From assembly GCA_965223665.1 (NCBI GenBank), contig OZ245011.1:544001-608000 (forward strand): a stretch of DNA of 64,000 nt, in the 5' to 3' direction. Positions 37,738 to 47,081 of the stretch are shown here, piece by piece. The notes beneath the pieces are model-generated. The model saw only the letters and a program-made list of their open reading frames with translations, had not been told where the DNA came from and made no database searches. Positions within the stretch are counted from its first letter, which is position 1. Every line of letters starts with the position of its first letter. Made by a program: the position numbers and the translations under genes. The stretch is from Nitrospinaceae bacterium. GTDB lineage: Bacteria > Nitrospinota > Nitrospinia > Nitrospinales > Nitrospinaceae.

Positions 37738-39069
37738 ATGGAAAAGACTATTAAAACTCTAATTCTTCTTACACTTCTGTTATTGATAAGCAGTCCAACC
37801 TTAGCAATTACAGATACTTTCACCAACTCAGAGGACAGTTACGTCCGGCAAACCTCACCCACAAAAAAATTTGGGTCCGCAACTACCTTGATTGCAGATG
37901 GGGTGAACCAGGACCCGGACAACGGTAAATTTGGCGAAGTGGCAACCCTCATTCAATGGGACGTTTCTTCTATTCCGACAACCGCCTTTGTCAGTGCCGC
38001 AAGTCTCACGCTAAAATTTACTAATTCCAGTAGCGGTGTTTATAGCATTTTCAGTCAGCTCAAGTCCTGGGTTGATTTAGATGTCGATTGGAACGATCTG
38101 TCGACCTCAGTGACTCCCAACAGTCAGATTCCCTCCAATGCTTTTGGGGTGGTTACCATCAATTTGGGTACCGCAATGGTGCAAGGCTGGGTCAATGGAT
38201 CTATACCTAATAACGGAATCGCTATTCGCAGTTCCGGCACCAACGATGGCATCGGAATGTTTTCCGCAGACGGCGAATTTCCCCCTACCTTGGAAGTGAC
38301 TTACAGCGATAGTGGCGGACCTACTTTAGAAAGCCTACAAGCGGAAATTGCACAACTCAAAGCCTTACTTGCCGGAGTAAGCCGCAATGGAGACACTTTG
38401 GTATTTGAGCAAATGAATCTACAAATCCTCAATGGCCTCGGTGCCACGAATGGCAACCGAAATGACCCGGACAGTGATGCGGTCACGTCCGTTAACGGAC
38501 TTGGTAATTTGATTGTGGGTTACGATGAGGAGACAGATCCTCATAACAGCAACTTTCAAATATTTGAATCTGATAAATCTGGTTCGCATAATATTATTGT
38601 GGGTCATGGCCACAATTATTCTAGTTTTGGTGGGCTAGTGACCGGTCAGGACAATGCGATAACGGGTCAATATTCTAATGTTAGTGGCGGAGTTGGAAAT
38701 TTGTCCAGTGGAAGATGGTCCAGTGTGAGTGGAGGGAATAAAAATACGGCCAGTGGAAGAGAGGCTAGTGTCAGTGGTGGTGGAATTGGTACCGCCAGTG
38801 GCAATTCCTCCAGCGTAACGGGTGGAGCGAATAATACAGCCAGTGAATATAACTCCAGTGTTACTGGTGGCTTCATCAACCATGCCAGTGGGAAAGTTTC
38901 CAGTATTAACGGAGGTCGAGAAAACACCGCTAGTGGCAGTCATTCCCATATTGGTGGTGGGTCCAATAATACAGCTAACGGGAAAAACTCCAGTTTGAGT
39001 GGAGGGAAAAACAGGTCGGCCATTGGAGAGGACGATTGGGTTGCCGGCAGTTTATTTGAAGAACAATAA
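37738..39069 (+). CDS. Exported DNRLRE/CBM96-like domain protein with a coiled coil and Gly/Ser-rich 15-aa repeats
   Basis: Signal peptide; DSYV...NFG-like, LIQWDVSSIP, VQGWVNG..PNNG, PTLEVTY; repeats SGG..N.ASG..SSV; RBS ggagga. Confidence 0.75.
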   Translation: MEKTIKTLILLTLLLLISSPTLAITDTFTNSEDSYVRQTSPTKKFGSATTLIADGVNQDPDNGKFGEVATLIQWDVSSIPTTAFVSAASLTLKFTNSSSGVYSIFSQLKSWVDLDVDWNDLSTSVTPNSQIPSNAFGVVTINLGTAMVQGWVNGSIPNNGIAIRSSGTNDGIGMFSADGEFPPTLEVTYSDSGGPTLESLQAEIAQLKALLAGVSRNGDTLVFEQMNLQILNGLGATNGNRNDPDSDAVTSVNGLGNLIVGYDEETDPHNSNFQIFESDKSGSHNIIVGHGHNYSSFGGLVTGQDNAITGQYSNVSGGVGNLSSGRWSSVSGGNKNTASGREASVSGGGIGTASGNSSSVTGGANNTASEYNSSVTGGFINHASGKVSSINGGRENTASGSHSHIGGGSNNTANGKNSSLSGGKNRSAIGEDDWVAGSLFEEQ

Positions 39070-39143
39070 TCCTGATTTAGGGGTTACTTGTTTAAAGTCA
39101 AAATAATCAAATTGCAAGTCTTTACCTAACACCAACTCTCAAC

Positions 39144-39169
39144 CCTGGGAGCCTGAAAGGGCTTCTGGG
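39144..39169 (+). terminator. Hairpin with a GAAA tetraloop
   Basis: cctgggagcct-gaaa-gggcttctggg downstream of 39069. Confidence 0.4.
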
Positions 39170-39267
39170 AGACAATTGCTCTATGAAAAAAATAAATGTA
39201 GAATGCCGATACATTTTCTCGAAATATTAATACCTTTCTAGAAATATAGCTAGAGGAATACTATTAA

Positions 39268-39927
39268 TTGGCTACCGAAGAACCCATATTGATTTGCTTG
39301 ATTTATATTCCAATCTCTATGATTATGGTTGGAATTTTTATTTGGTTTGTACCAAGTATTGAAAAAAATATTGTATCCTTTATTTATTTATTCTCCTCCC
39401 AAAAAAATCCATTTGTCTATAAAGTAAGAAAAAAGAAGATAGCATTATTGGGTTTAATACTCATTGTGATAAACCAATTTTTTGCTTGGATGGATATTTC
39501 GTATCCTGAGATAATGGAGCCAATAAGTAATTTTATTTCGATATTCTTTTTTTTCTTGTTATTTTTTGCAGGTTCCATTTGCATTTTGCAAATAGGTCGT
39601 GTTTTAGGGTTTTTCTGGACTTCTTTATTGTTAAAAGTTTTTAAATTTGATAGTAATTATTCCAACATAGGTCGAGCTGAATTAATTGGGGTGGCCACAT
39701 TCATATCTAGTTTTTTGTCGTTTTCGATATTGAAAGATTCCTTATCGCTAAACATTTATTTTTCTATTTGTACAGTAGTTATAATTTTAATTGCTGGTCC
39801 TTTATTGACTTACTATTTATGGCAAATCAGAGATTCAGGTGAAGAAACATTTGAATCCCAAGATTTGGAGGCAGCCGCAAATATTTTTTCTTCTTTGTAT
39901 GGAATTTTTAATTTTATCGATGATTAA
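39268..39927 (+). CDS. Hypothetical membrane protein
   Basis: About five hydrophobic segments. Confidence 0.6.
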   Translation: MATEEPILICLIYIPISMIMVGIFIWFVPSIEKNIVSFIYLFSSQKNPFVYKVRKKKIALLGLILIVINQFFAWMDISYPEIMEPISNFISIFFFFLLFFAGSICILQIGRVLGFFWTSLLLKVFKFDSNYSNIGRAELIGVATFISSFLSFSILKDSLSLNIYFSICTVVIILIAGPLLTYYLWQIRDSGEETFESQDLEAAANIFSSLYGIFNFIDD

Positions 39928-39954
39928 ATTAGTGCAATTGGGTTACTGAATAGT

Positions 39955-39981
39955 CCGGGGTCATTGAGGCCCCGGTTTTTT
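39955..39981 (+). terminator. Rho-independent terminator
   Basis: CCGGGGTC-attga-GGCCCCGG followed by T6. Confidence 0.6.
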
Positions 39982-40024
39982 AGAAGAGAAACTAAATAAA
40001 TTAGTTAGTTAATTTGGGAATAAA

Positions 40025-40690
40025 ATGGGCAAGCAGAATCCTATTTTAGAAGCAGATAGGATTGTAGAAAGCTTAAAAAAGGATATGCTCCAAGGATGTT
40101 GGTATGCAGCCTTGTATGAACGAATTGCTTTCCGAAATGATATTGGAAATGCATTTGGATATTCATTTGAAGCTTGGGGCTTGATAAAATGTTGTGATGC
40201 GCTATTGGATAGTTTGATACTTTTGGTGACCCGAGTAATTGGCGGAGGACAGGAAAATGATAATGCTGCGTCCCTTAATTCTCTCTTAAAGATATTAAAA
40301 GGACCAGGAGTATTTAAAATCTTTGAGGGTAAGCTTAACCAGCAAAATAAAAATATATCTTGCAACCTTGTTCAGCTTGAGAAAGAAATTAATAAAATAA
40401 AGAGCCACGTAAAGACCGAAAGTTTAAGAAACTATAGGAATGCTTGGATTGCCCATAAAGCAAGAAAATATAATCCGCAAAAACATAAGTTGCCAAAATA
40501 CGAAGATGCTTTAGAACTATTTAAGTTGGTAATCCCTGTAATGGACATATGCTTAGAACTAATAAAAGGAGCGGACCCAAGCTTTAAAAATTTTGCCAGC
40601 ATTAAGATTGAGTTTGAGGAATCTCAAAAAACAGCAAATGACTTTTGGGAATATGCGGCCCACCTAAAAAACAAATTTAGAAATGAATAG
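40025..40690 (+). CDS. HEPN-domain protein (AbiU2-like)
   Basis: All-helical ORF with LRNYRNAWIAH (RxxxxH/RN..IAH) and an SL..LL motif. Confidence 0.72.
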   Translation: MGKQNPILEADRIVESLKKDMLQGCWYAALYERIAFRNDIGNAFGYSFEAWGLIKCCDALLDSLILLVTRVIGGGQENDNAASLNSLLKILKGPGVFKIFEGKLNQQNKNISCNLVQLEKEINKIKSHVKTESLRNYRNAWIAHKARKYNPQKHKLPKYEDALELFKLVIPVMDICLELIKGADPSFKNFASIKIEFEESQKTANDFWEYAAHLKNKFRNE

Positions 40691-40709
40691 TTTTTTTTGA
40701 GGTTTGGGA

Positions 40710-42164
40710 GTGGATAAAATATACCAATATATAGATTTATTTGATGACGATTTATACGATCCTGAAGAATATATTAAAAATAATTCTTCTTATAGTGAGT
40801 TGGTTAACACTATTCGGTTGCAGGTATTAATTTCAATCCTTTTTAATAAACAAATAGTTGTCCCGGAGCAATGGGCAACCTCTTCATCATCGTTTATGCA
40901 TGTGGCTGATGAAGTTATAAGGGGATATCAAAATGAAGTTTCCCTTAGGGTTTCTCGCTCGGAAATAAAAAGAAAAAGAATTCCACCTCCATTTGTTATT
41001 GCATTTCATAAGCAAAATGAATTTAACCAAGATTTTTATGCGAATTCGATAATTTCTCGAATTGACTCTGGGAGTCGAATACGCATTTGTTCAAGTACTC
41101 ATGATAAAAACTCTAATTCATATTCTATTTCAAGGGAAAGATTAAGAAATATCTATGTTGAGCAGGATAATATTCACGATCTTGAAAGTAAATATGGCGA
41201 TAAATTTGTTGATGAACTTGCAAGATGCATTGGATGTGATGAAACAGCAATTAGAATGCAAACTTTAGCGAAATATTTATTAAACTCTAGAAATACTTTT
41301 TTTGAGTTTTTTCCAAGCAATTATCGCCAAGATTTAGCCAGTTATACAGGGAATGTAAAAAGAGTTTGTTTTGAGGATCAAGTAGTTGCTTCGTATAATG
41401 ACGAAAGAATTGAGGAGTTTAAAGAGTTTTTTTTAAAGGCTGCAGAAAAGAATATTGGACTAAGTCAGCTTAATCAGCTTTGGGAGGAATCAAAAAGTTT
41501 TTCAGAAAAGTCTTTTAATTTGATAACTAAAATGGGTCGTTATTGCATGCACCGTGCTTTAGCTGTAAATATTAAAGCGAGTTATAGTAGTACATTTTAT
41601 GGTTCTTTTGGTTCCAATGGGAGAGATAGTTTTGATGAGTTTATTATTGATAGAATGAGAAAGCTAGAAATTAATCTTACTAAACCTAATAAAATAGAAA
41701 GAGACTTCAGTTTTATTGCTAATGAAAATACCCAAAATTATGATCTTGGAGATAGAGTTTATTGGCCTGAAGTGTGGGGACAAGTGGGTGCATTTTCAGT
41801 AAGTAATGAATGGCAGCAATTATTAAAGGAACTTAGGGAGGAGTTGAATGAAATGCCTCTTGAAAAAGTCCATGAAGCTAAGACATGGCGTGGTATTTTT
41901 GATCGAATAAATGGGAAGATCACAGATTTTACATTTAAACAGTCCAAAAGCAATCCAACTAGCGTTGAGGTGATAATGAATAGGGCTGGAGATACTCAAA
42001 CTGCTTCAAAAGGACTTTCCGTGGTTGAGCCTACTATTTTTGCTCCGTTTGGAATGTTGGCGGCTTTGGCAAAGGCTAGCGTTAAGTATGTTCCCTTTAA
42101 GTATGAACTAAAATTGACAAGAGCATATAGAAAAGCAAAGCAAATATTTTCTAAAGAAAATTAA
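40710..42164 (+). CDS. Hypothetical cytoplasmic protein co-oriented with the HEPN gene
   Basis: About 484-aa ORF, GTG 40710 with gagg RBS; no family recognised. Confidence 0.65.
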   Translation: MDKIYQYIDLFDDDLYDPEEYIKNNSSYSELVNTIRLQVLISILFNKQIVVPEQWATSSSSFMHVADEVIRGYQNEVSLRVSRSEIKRKRIPPPFVIAFHKQNEFNQDFYANSIISRIDSGSRIRICSSTHDKNSNSYSISRERLRNIYVEQDNIHDLESKYGDKFVDELARCIGCDETAIRMQTLAKYLLNSRNTFFEFFPSNYRQDLASYTGNVKRVCFEDQVVASYNDERIEEFKEFFLKAAEKNIGLSQLNQLWEESKSFSEKSFNLITKMGRYCMHRALAVNIKASYSSTFYGSFGSNGRDSFDEFIIDRMRKLEINLTKPNKIERDFSFIANENTQNYDLGDRVYWPEVWGQVGAFSVSNEWQQLLKELREELNEMPLEKVHEAKTWRGIFDRINGKITDFTFKQSKSNPTSVEVIMNRAGDTQTASKGLSVVEPTIFAPFGMLAALAKASVKYVPFKYELKLTRAYRKAKQIFSKEN

Positions 42165-42367
42165 TATAGGGTTCCATTAACTATAATGGATTTACTACGT
42201 TTTTTATTTCTATACTTCAATCCTCACTATAAAACTAAATAAACCTCAGAAGTATTTATTTAAATTATTTTTAATTTTCACTTAATCCTCCTTTCATATT
42301 GCACTGCTATCCTTTTTAGTAAGTTATAAAACTTCAAGTAATCAATATCTTCCTAAAGGAGAATAGT

Positions 42368-42622
42368 ATGCATACCACTCCAATATCAACTCCAACAGGC
42401 ATTATTGGGGGAGCGATTATGGGTGAATTAACTCAAACGATTGTCGAGGAATTTACTGATGATGAGTTGATACTAAAAATATCAGCAGGTTTAGGTCATT
42501 ATTTCGGACACTCTGTGACTTCATACGTAGTAAATATTTCTGGTTTCGATCCATTGGGAGGTATTTTTAATACAGGGACTGCAGCTGTTGGAGGTTTAAT
42601 TCATGGAATCTTGGCGGAATAA
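42368..42622 (+). CDS. Small Gly-rich hydrophobic protein
   Basis: RBS aaggaga; GxxG-rich helices. Confidence 0.55.
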   Translation: MHTTPISTPTGIIGGAIMGELTQTIVEEFTDDELILKISAGLGHYFGHSVTSYVVNISGFDPLGGIFNTGTAAVGGLIHGILAE

Positions 42623-42662
42623 TCTAGTGCTTTTTCAATTTCTTCAAGAAAAGGATTATCAA

Positions 42663-43871
42663 TTAACTAATGTTGTTTGTTTTTTGGGAGGATTGCTGTT
42701 TAATCCGATACCGAAAATTAATTTCAACCTCTAATAGATCCTTTTGGATTTCTTTAGGAATGGATGCCAACGGGTTGGCATTTTCTATTGCTTGAATTGC
42801 TAATTTTTCTAACTGGTAAATTTCTGAGCCTTGTATGATTTGTATATTTTTTATTTTTCCATTTGATAATACTGAGAAGGAAAGCTTAACTTCTCCTTCT
42901 ACACCTCCCACGGGGTCTTGCCATTGCTGAAGTACTTTACTCTGGATTTCTAGTGCGTAATTCTTAAGCGACTCAGATTCTGGAAACACTTCAGGAGATT
43001 GATCTATCTCATTTAAGGTTTTTAGTTTTATTTCATTTTTGCTAATTGATTTGGTAGGTGAAAGAGGCAGATCGTCTTCATTTTTAAAGGTAAATTCTTC
43101 GATTTTAGGTATTTTGTTAAAAACAAATTTATTTTGTGAATTGCCAATTTGAAACAAATTCTTTTCAATGGAGCGCTTTTTAGAATTAACAAAACCATCA
43201 TTTTTCCTAGAAAGCGTTTCTAATATAATTAAACTTTCTTTGGCTTTTTTAAATTGCCCTGACTCCGTTAACCGATATATATTCAGCTTTAGAGCTTGTC
43301 TATAGTTATTTTTTATTTTTTTATTCGAGGGTTTTAGTTTATAGGCAATAGCAAGCTCTCTAATTGAATCCAACAATTTATTCTGATTGTAATAAGCTTG
43401 GCCTAAATTATTACGGGCTTGGTATGAGTTGGGATGTTTTTCCAGAAAACGAATCCAAAGTTTTTCTGCTTTAGAATAATTACGGTTTTTTTGTTCAGTT
43501 AATGCATTGGAAAATTCCGTTTTAGTTTTTTCACGACCATTTCCTAAACTATAACTAGGCGTTGATTTAAAGTAATTCCTGCTAGGTAAACCATAAGGAA
43601 TTTTAGTCCCTTTTTTACCTGTATATGGGTTATAGTTTCCTTTTGTTGACCAGTTATTATAAATATTACCGTCTGGTCTACTACGATAATGAGGCCTTAC
43701 ATAGGTTCCATCTTTTCTGTAATAACCTCTTACCCGAACACTTCCCCCCGCCCAAGACAAATCTTGCCAAATAAAAATGACTAATAAGAAAAAAATAAAG
43801 CATTTTATAAGCGAAGCCCATTTAGGTAGGCTTGACCTGAAGCTAGAATATTTTATAGACCCGTATGTCAT
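42663..43871 (-). CDS. Exported protein: GYYRKDGTYV motif, TPR and TonB/TolA C-terminal domain
   Basis: VRGYYRKDGTYVRPHYRS...NPYTG; TPR ARNNLGQAYY; C-terminal V.LSF.V..NG.I..I.I..GS...AI.AI..A.P; start moved to 43871 to avoid overlap. Confidence 0.75.
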   Translation of the reverse strand: MTYGSIKYSSFRSSLPKWASLIKCFIFFLLVIFIWQDLSWAGGSVRVRGYYRKDGTYVRPHYRSRPDGNIYNNWSTKGNYNPYTGKKGTKIPYGLPSRNYFKSTPSYSLGNGREKTKTEFSNALTEQKNRNYSKAEKLWIRFLEKHPNSYQARNNLGQAYYNQNKLLDSIRELAIAYKLKPSNKKIKNNYRQALKLNIYRLTESGQFKKAKESLIILETLSRKNDGFVNSKKRSIEKNLFQIGNSQNKFVFNKIPKIEEFTFKNEDDLPLSPTKSISKNEIKLKTLNEIDQSPEVFPESESLKNYALEIQSKVLQQWQDPVGGVEGEVKLSFSVLSNGKIKNIQIIQGSEIYQLEKLAIQAIENANPLASIPKEIQKDLLEVEINFRYRIKQQSSQKTNNIS

Positions 43872-43988
43872 AAAAACATTCCATGGGAAAGATTTGTTTC
43901 GAGAATAAAAGGATTCTACTGAAATTTGACATTTTTGGCAAGAAGGAATAAATTTGGTTATCTGAAATTGCAATGAGGAGGAATTGCT

Positions 43989-44294
43989 ATGATAAAGCTT
44001 ATATTTTCTCTTATATTGATTCATACCCTTTCTGTTGTTGCATATTCACACCCTGGAAGGACTGCTTCAGATGGTTGTCATTATTGTCGAACCAATTGCG
44101 AAAAGTGGGGAGTTCCTAGGGGAGTCAGGCATTGCCATGGTGGCAAAGAGCAAATTCTTCAAAAGGTTAAAGAAATTCAAATAAAAGAAAAGGCTCAAAA
44201 CTTCAAAAACAAAAATAAAATTCAGATTCATAAAATAAAATCAACAATCCCATTAATCAAAAATACCAAATCCCTTACTAAAACTAAACCATGA
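43989..44294 (+). CDS. YHYH-like domain exported protein
   Basis: Signal peptide then HPGRT..DGCH.CRTNC..WG.....HCHGG. Confidence 0.75.
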   Translation: MIKLIFSLILIHTLSVVAYSHPGRTASDGCHYCRTNCEKWGVPRGVRHCHGGKEQILQKVKEIQIKEKAQNFKNKNKIQIHKIKSTIPLIKNTKSLTKTKP

Positions 44295-45295
44295 ATATAA
44301 AACGACTTTTCACCGTTGTATGTCTAATTACCATTGTTTTAATTTTTTCGATAGCTAATATTTCTGGTGCTTGTAACAAACCCAGTGGCATACCCCAATT
44401 TGACTTAGACTCTTATTACCAATCAGCCATTGGGAAAACAGGTGATTTACTGAAATCCGAGTTAAATAAAATTATTAAGAAACATCATAGGCATTCTTAT
44501 AGTTGCGTGTGGAACATTCTTAGAGAATCGGATGAAGATCCCGATAACCCAGACAATGTAATCCTTTTATACACTGGGCGAAGTCAGGATAAGTCCAGAA
44601 GAGATCAAGGCGGTAATGATCAAAACGCTTGGAACAGAGAGCATGTTTGGGCTAAATCCCATGGGTTTAAAAGTAAAGGTCAACACGCCCATACAGATGC
44701 GCATCATTTAAGACCAACAGATAAGTCTGTTAATGCAGATAGAGGTAATAAGGATTTTGCTAATGGTGGTTCATCTCATAATGAATGTATTGGATGTAAA
44801 TCTACCTCAATTACTTGGGAGCCTCCTGATTCTGTTAAGGGAGACGTTGCTCGAATGATGTTTTATATGGTGGTTAGATATGAAGGGGAAGACCAATCTA
44901 GTACACCAGATTTAGAGCTTGTTGAAAGGTCAACGTTCGTAGGGTCTCCACGTTTTGGAAAGCTATGTGATTTGTACGGATGGCATAAGCAAGATCAAGT
45001 GAGCGATTGGGAAAAAAATAGAAACTCTGTTGTTTACTCTTGGCAAGGAAACCGCAATCCATTTATTGATCACCCAGAGTTTGTTCAGGCGATTTGGGGT
45101 GAAAAGTGTCAGGACACAGATCCTATTCCCCCTCCAGTTGAGCCTGATCCAGAGATCCCAGAACCAGAGGTTCCTCAACCTATACCTGACAATCCGGAAC
45201 CGGAGGAGCCAAATCCGACTGATAAAGAAAAGTTAGATGGAATTATTAAATCTTTAGAAGAAATTCTTAAGGAACTTCGTGAGCTGAGGGAATAA
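44291..45295 (+). CDS. Extracellular endonuclease I family (His-Me finger) nuclease
   Basis: WNREHVWAKSHG, DAHHLRPTD..VNADRGN, KGDVARMMFYM, QGNRNPFIDHP; Pro/Glu-rich tail. Confidence 0.92.
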   Translation: MNIKRLFTVVCLITIVLIFSIANISGACNKPSGIPQFDLDSYYQSAIGKTGDLLKSELNKIIKKHHRHSYSCVWNILRESDEDPDNPDNVILLYTGRSQDKSRRDQGGNDQNAWNREHVWAKSHGFKSKGQHAHTDAHHLRPTDKSVNADRGNKDFANGGSSHNECIGCKSTSITWEPPDSVKGDVARMMFYMVVRYEGEDQSSTPDLELVERSTFVGSPRFGKLCDLYGWHKQDQVSDWEKNRNSVVYSWQGNRNPFIDHPEFVQAIWGEKCQDTDPIPPPVEPDPEIPEPEVPQPIPDNPEPEEPNPTDKEKLDGIIKSLEEILKELRELRE

Positions 45296-45297
45296 CC

Positions 45298-45486
45298 ATG
45301 GCCATCTTTGAACCGTACCGGTGCCACAAATGCTTTGAGGAAATTACTTTAGTCCAACCACAAGCAAAGGATGGTGAGCCAAAGGGTAAGGCAAAGGTTG
45401 AATGTGTGTTTTGCGGATGGCATCAGGAGTTTCAATTATATAACGCTCAACCCAATGAGGAAAGAACTAATGGCGAAGAAAAGTAA
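45298..45486 (+). CDS. Small zinc-ribbon protein
   Basis: CHKC...CVFC. Confidence 0.55.
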   Translation: MAIFEPYRCHKCFEEITLVQPQAKDGEPKGKAKVECVFCGWHQEFQLYNAQPNEERTNGEEK

Positions 45487-45643
45487 TGGCGGCAACCGAG
45501 AAGAAGTTCCTTTAGAGAAAATTGTGATTTCAAATATGTACAGTATTGAAGGAATCATTAATTTACTTGTTGATAAAGGGATTCTAACTAGAGAAGAAGT
45601 ATTGAAGGAGATGGAGCGGGTTGTGAAGGAGAGGGGTAAGTGA
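45470..45643 (+). CDS. Small hypothetical protein
   Basis: MAKKSNGGNREE...LLVDKGILTREEV; RBS gagga; GTGA overlap with the SIR2 gene. Confidence 0.6.
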   Translation: MAKKSNGGNREEVPLEKIVISNMYSIEGIINLLVDKGILTREEVLKEMERVVKERGK

Positions 45644-46734
45644 ACGTTGTTTTTATTTTAGGTGCAGGCGCATCAAGAGACGCTGGCGGCCCCTTGATGC
45701 AGGATTTTCTTGATGTTGCCGAGGAAGTTGCTAGAGTCCGTTTAAAAGGTGAAAAATACAAGGAGCTTTTTGAAAATGTTTTTCAATCCAGAGCAGAATT
45801 AAGAACCGTTCATTCAAAATCATATTTAGACTTAGATAACATAGAAAGCATTTTCGGTGCAATTGAAATGGGAGCGATTATTGAGAAATTTGGAATGAAA
45901 ACAGTAAACCAAATAAGTGAATTGCGAGAATCAATAATTACCCTTATTTATAAAACCCTCGAATATAGCATTGAGTTTCCCATCGAGAGCGAGCGAGTTT
46001 CTCCCCCTCAACCCTATGAAGACTTTATAGAGATTCTTAAATCCCACCGGGGGACAATTGGGTCAGTTTCAGAGACAAAATATTCTTTTATAACATTTAA
46101 TTATGATGTTTGTTTGGAATACGCTCTTTTTAAAAGTGGTATAGGCTTTGACTACAATCTACCAAAAATTTTAGGAAACGGACCACCATTATTAAAACTT
46201 CATGGTTCTTTAAATTGGGGGAGATGCGATGAATGTAAAAATATTGTCCCATTTCAAGTGAAAGATATTCCATTCCCCGAATTTTTACCGGAGAAATCTT
46301 ATTTTTTAGATATGGGATCAAATTTAAGTTTAGTGAAATGCGCTGATGATAACAAAAATATCCAAGGGCCACCTATTTTGGTTCCACCCGCTTGGGAAAA
46401 AACACATTATCAAAAAAGTCTTTCTCCGGTTTGGGCTAGAGCCGCTAAATGTCTAGGAGATGCAAATAAAATAATTATTATTGGTTATTCTATGCCTGAA
46501 ACAGATTCCTTTTTTAAATATCTATTTGCTCTAGGGACTGATAGCAAAACTCACTTAAAAAATGTTTTGGTTATAAATCCAGACAATAGTGGAGATACGA
46601 AAAATAGATTTGAAAAACTATTTGGCCCAGGGTTAAGAAACAGAATTAAATTTAAAGAGAAAACTTTTAAAGAGGCGGTTGATAATAATTTAATTGAAGA
46701 TGAGCTTAAAAGAAAATTTGAAACAGATGGATAA
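45640..46734 (+). CDS. SIR2-like (SIR2_2) domain protein
   Basis: VFILGAGAS, ITFNYD, LLKLHGSLNW, IIGYS..TD motifs. Confidence 0.88.
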   Translation: MNVVFILGAGASRDAGGPLMQDFLDVAEEVARVRLKGEKYKELFENVFQSRAELRTVHSKSYLDLDNIESIFGAIEMGAIIEKFGMKTVNQISELRESIITLIYKTLEYSIEFPIESERVSPPQPYEDFIEILKSHRGTIGSVSETKYSFITFNYDVCLEYALFKSGIGFDYNLPKILGNGPPLLKLHGSLNWGRCDECKNIVPFQVKDIPFPEFLPEKSYFLDMGSNLSLVKCADDNKNIQGPPILVPPAWEKTHYQKSLSPVWARAAKCLGDANKIIIIGYSMPETDSFFKYLFALGTDSKTHLKNVLVINPDNSGDTKNRFEKLFGPGLRNRIKFKEKTFKEAVDNNLIEDELKRKFETDG

Positions 46735-46793
46735 CGGCGGCGACCGAGAATTAGAAAAGATAATAATCTGAGATTGTTTTTATTTGGGTTCTT

Positions 46794-47039
46794 ATGGCAC
46801 TTATTATATCTGGAATGTTAAGTTTTTTTTTAGCTGGATGGTTCCTCATTTATTTTCAAAAATATTTTAATAGAACAGAATTTGGCGAAGGAGCTATGGG
46901 GTTTATTTTTTTATTTATTGTTTGGCCGTTAATTGCGTTTGCCTTACTTTGGATACTTTCAGAATTTGGTTTTGAAGTTCCAGATATTCCCTACCAACAC
47001 GAATGCAACCAAGCAGGACCTTTTGCGACGGATTGCTAA
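46794..47039 (+). CDS. Small membrane protein
   Basis: Two TM segments. Confidence 0.5.
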   Translation: MALIISGMLSFFLAGWFLIYFQKYFNRTEFGEGAMGFIFLFIVWPLIAFALLWILSEFGFEVPDIPYQHECNQAGPFATDC

Positions 47040-47081
47040 ATTATTAAAAAGAAAAAAATACAAGAATAAACAATAAATATA

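Noticed and set aside
38640-39020. CRISPR-like periodic repeats
   Set aside because: These are degenerate in-frame 45-bp coding repeats with no constant repeat/unique spacer pattern and no cas genes
43872-44024. Long N-terminal extension of the TPR/TonB ORF
   Set aside because: It overlaps the divergent YHYH gene start and precedes the signal-like segment
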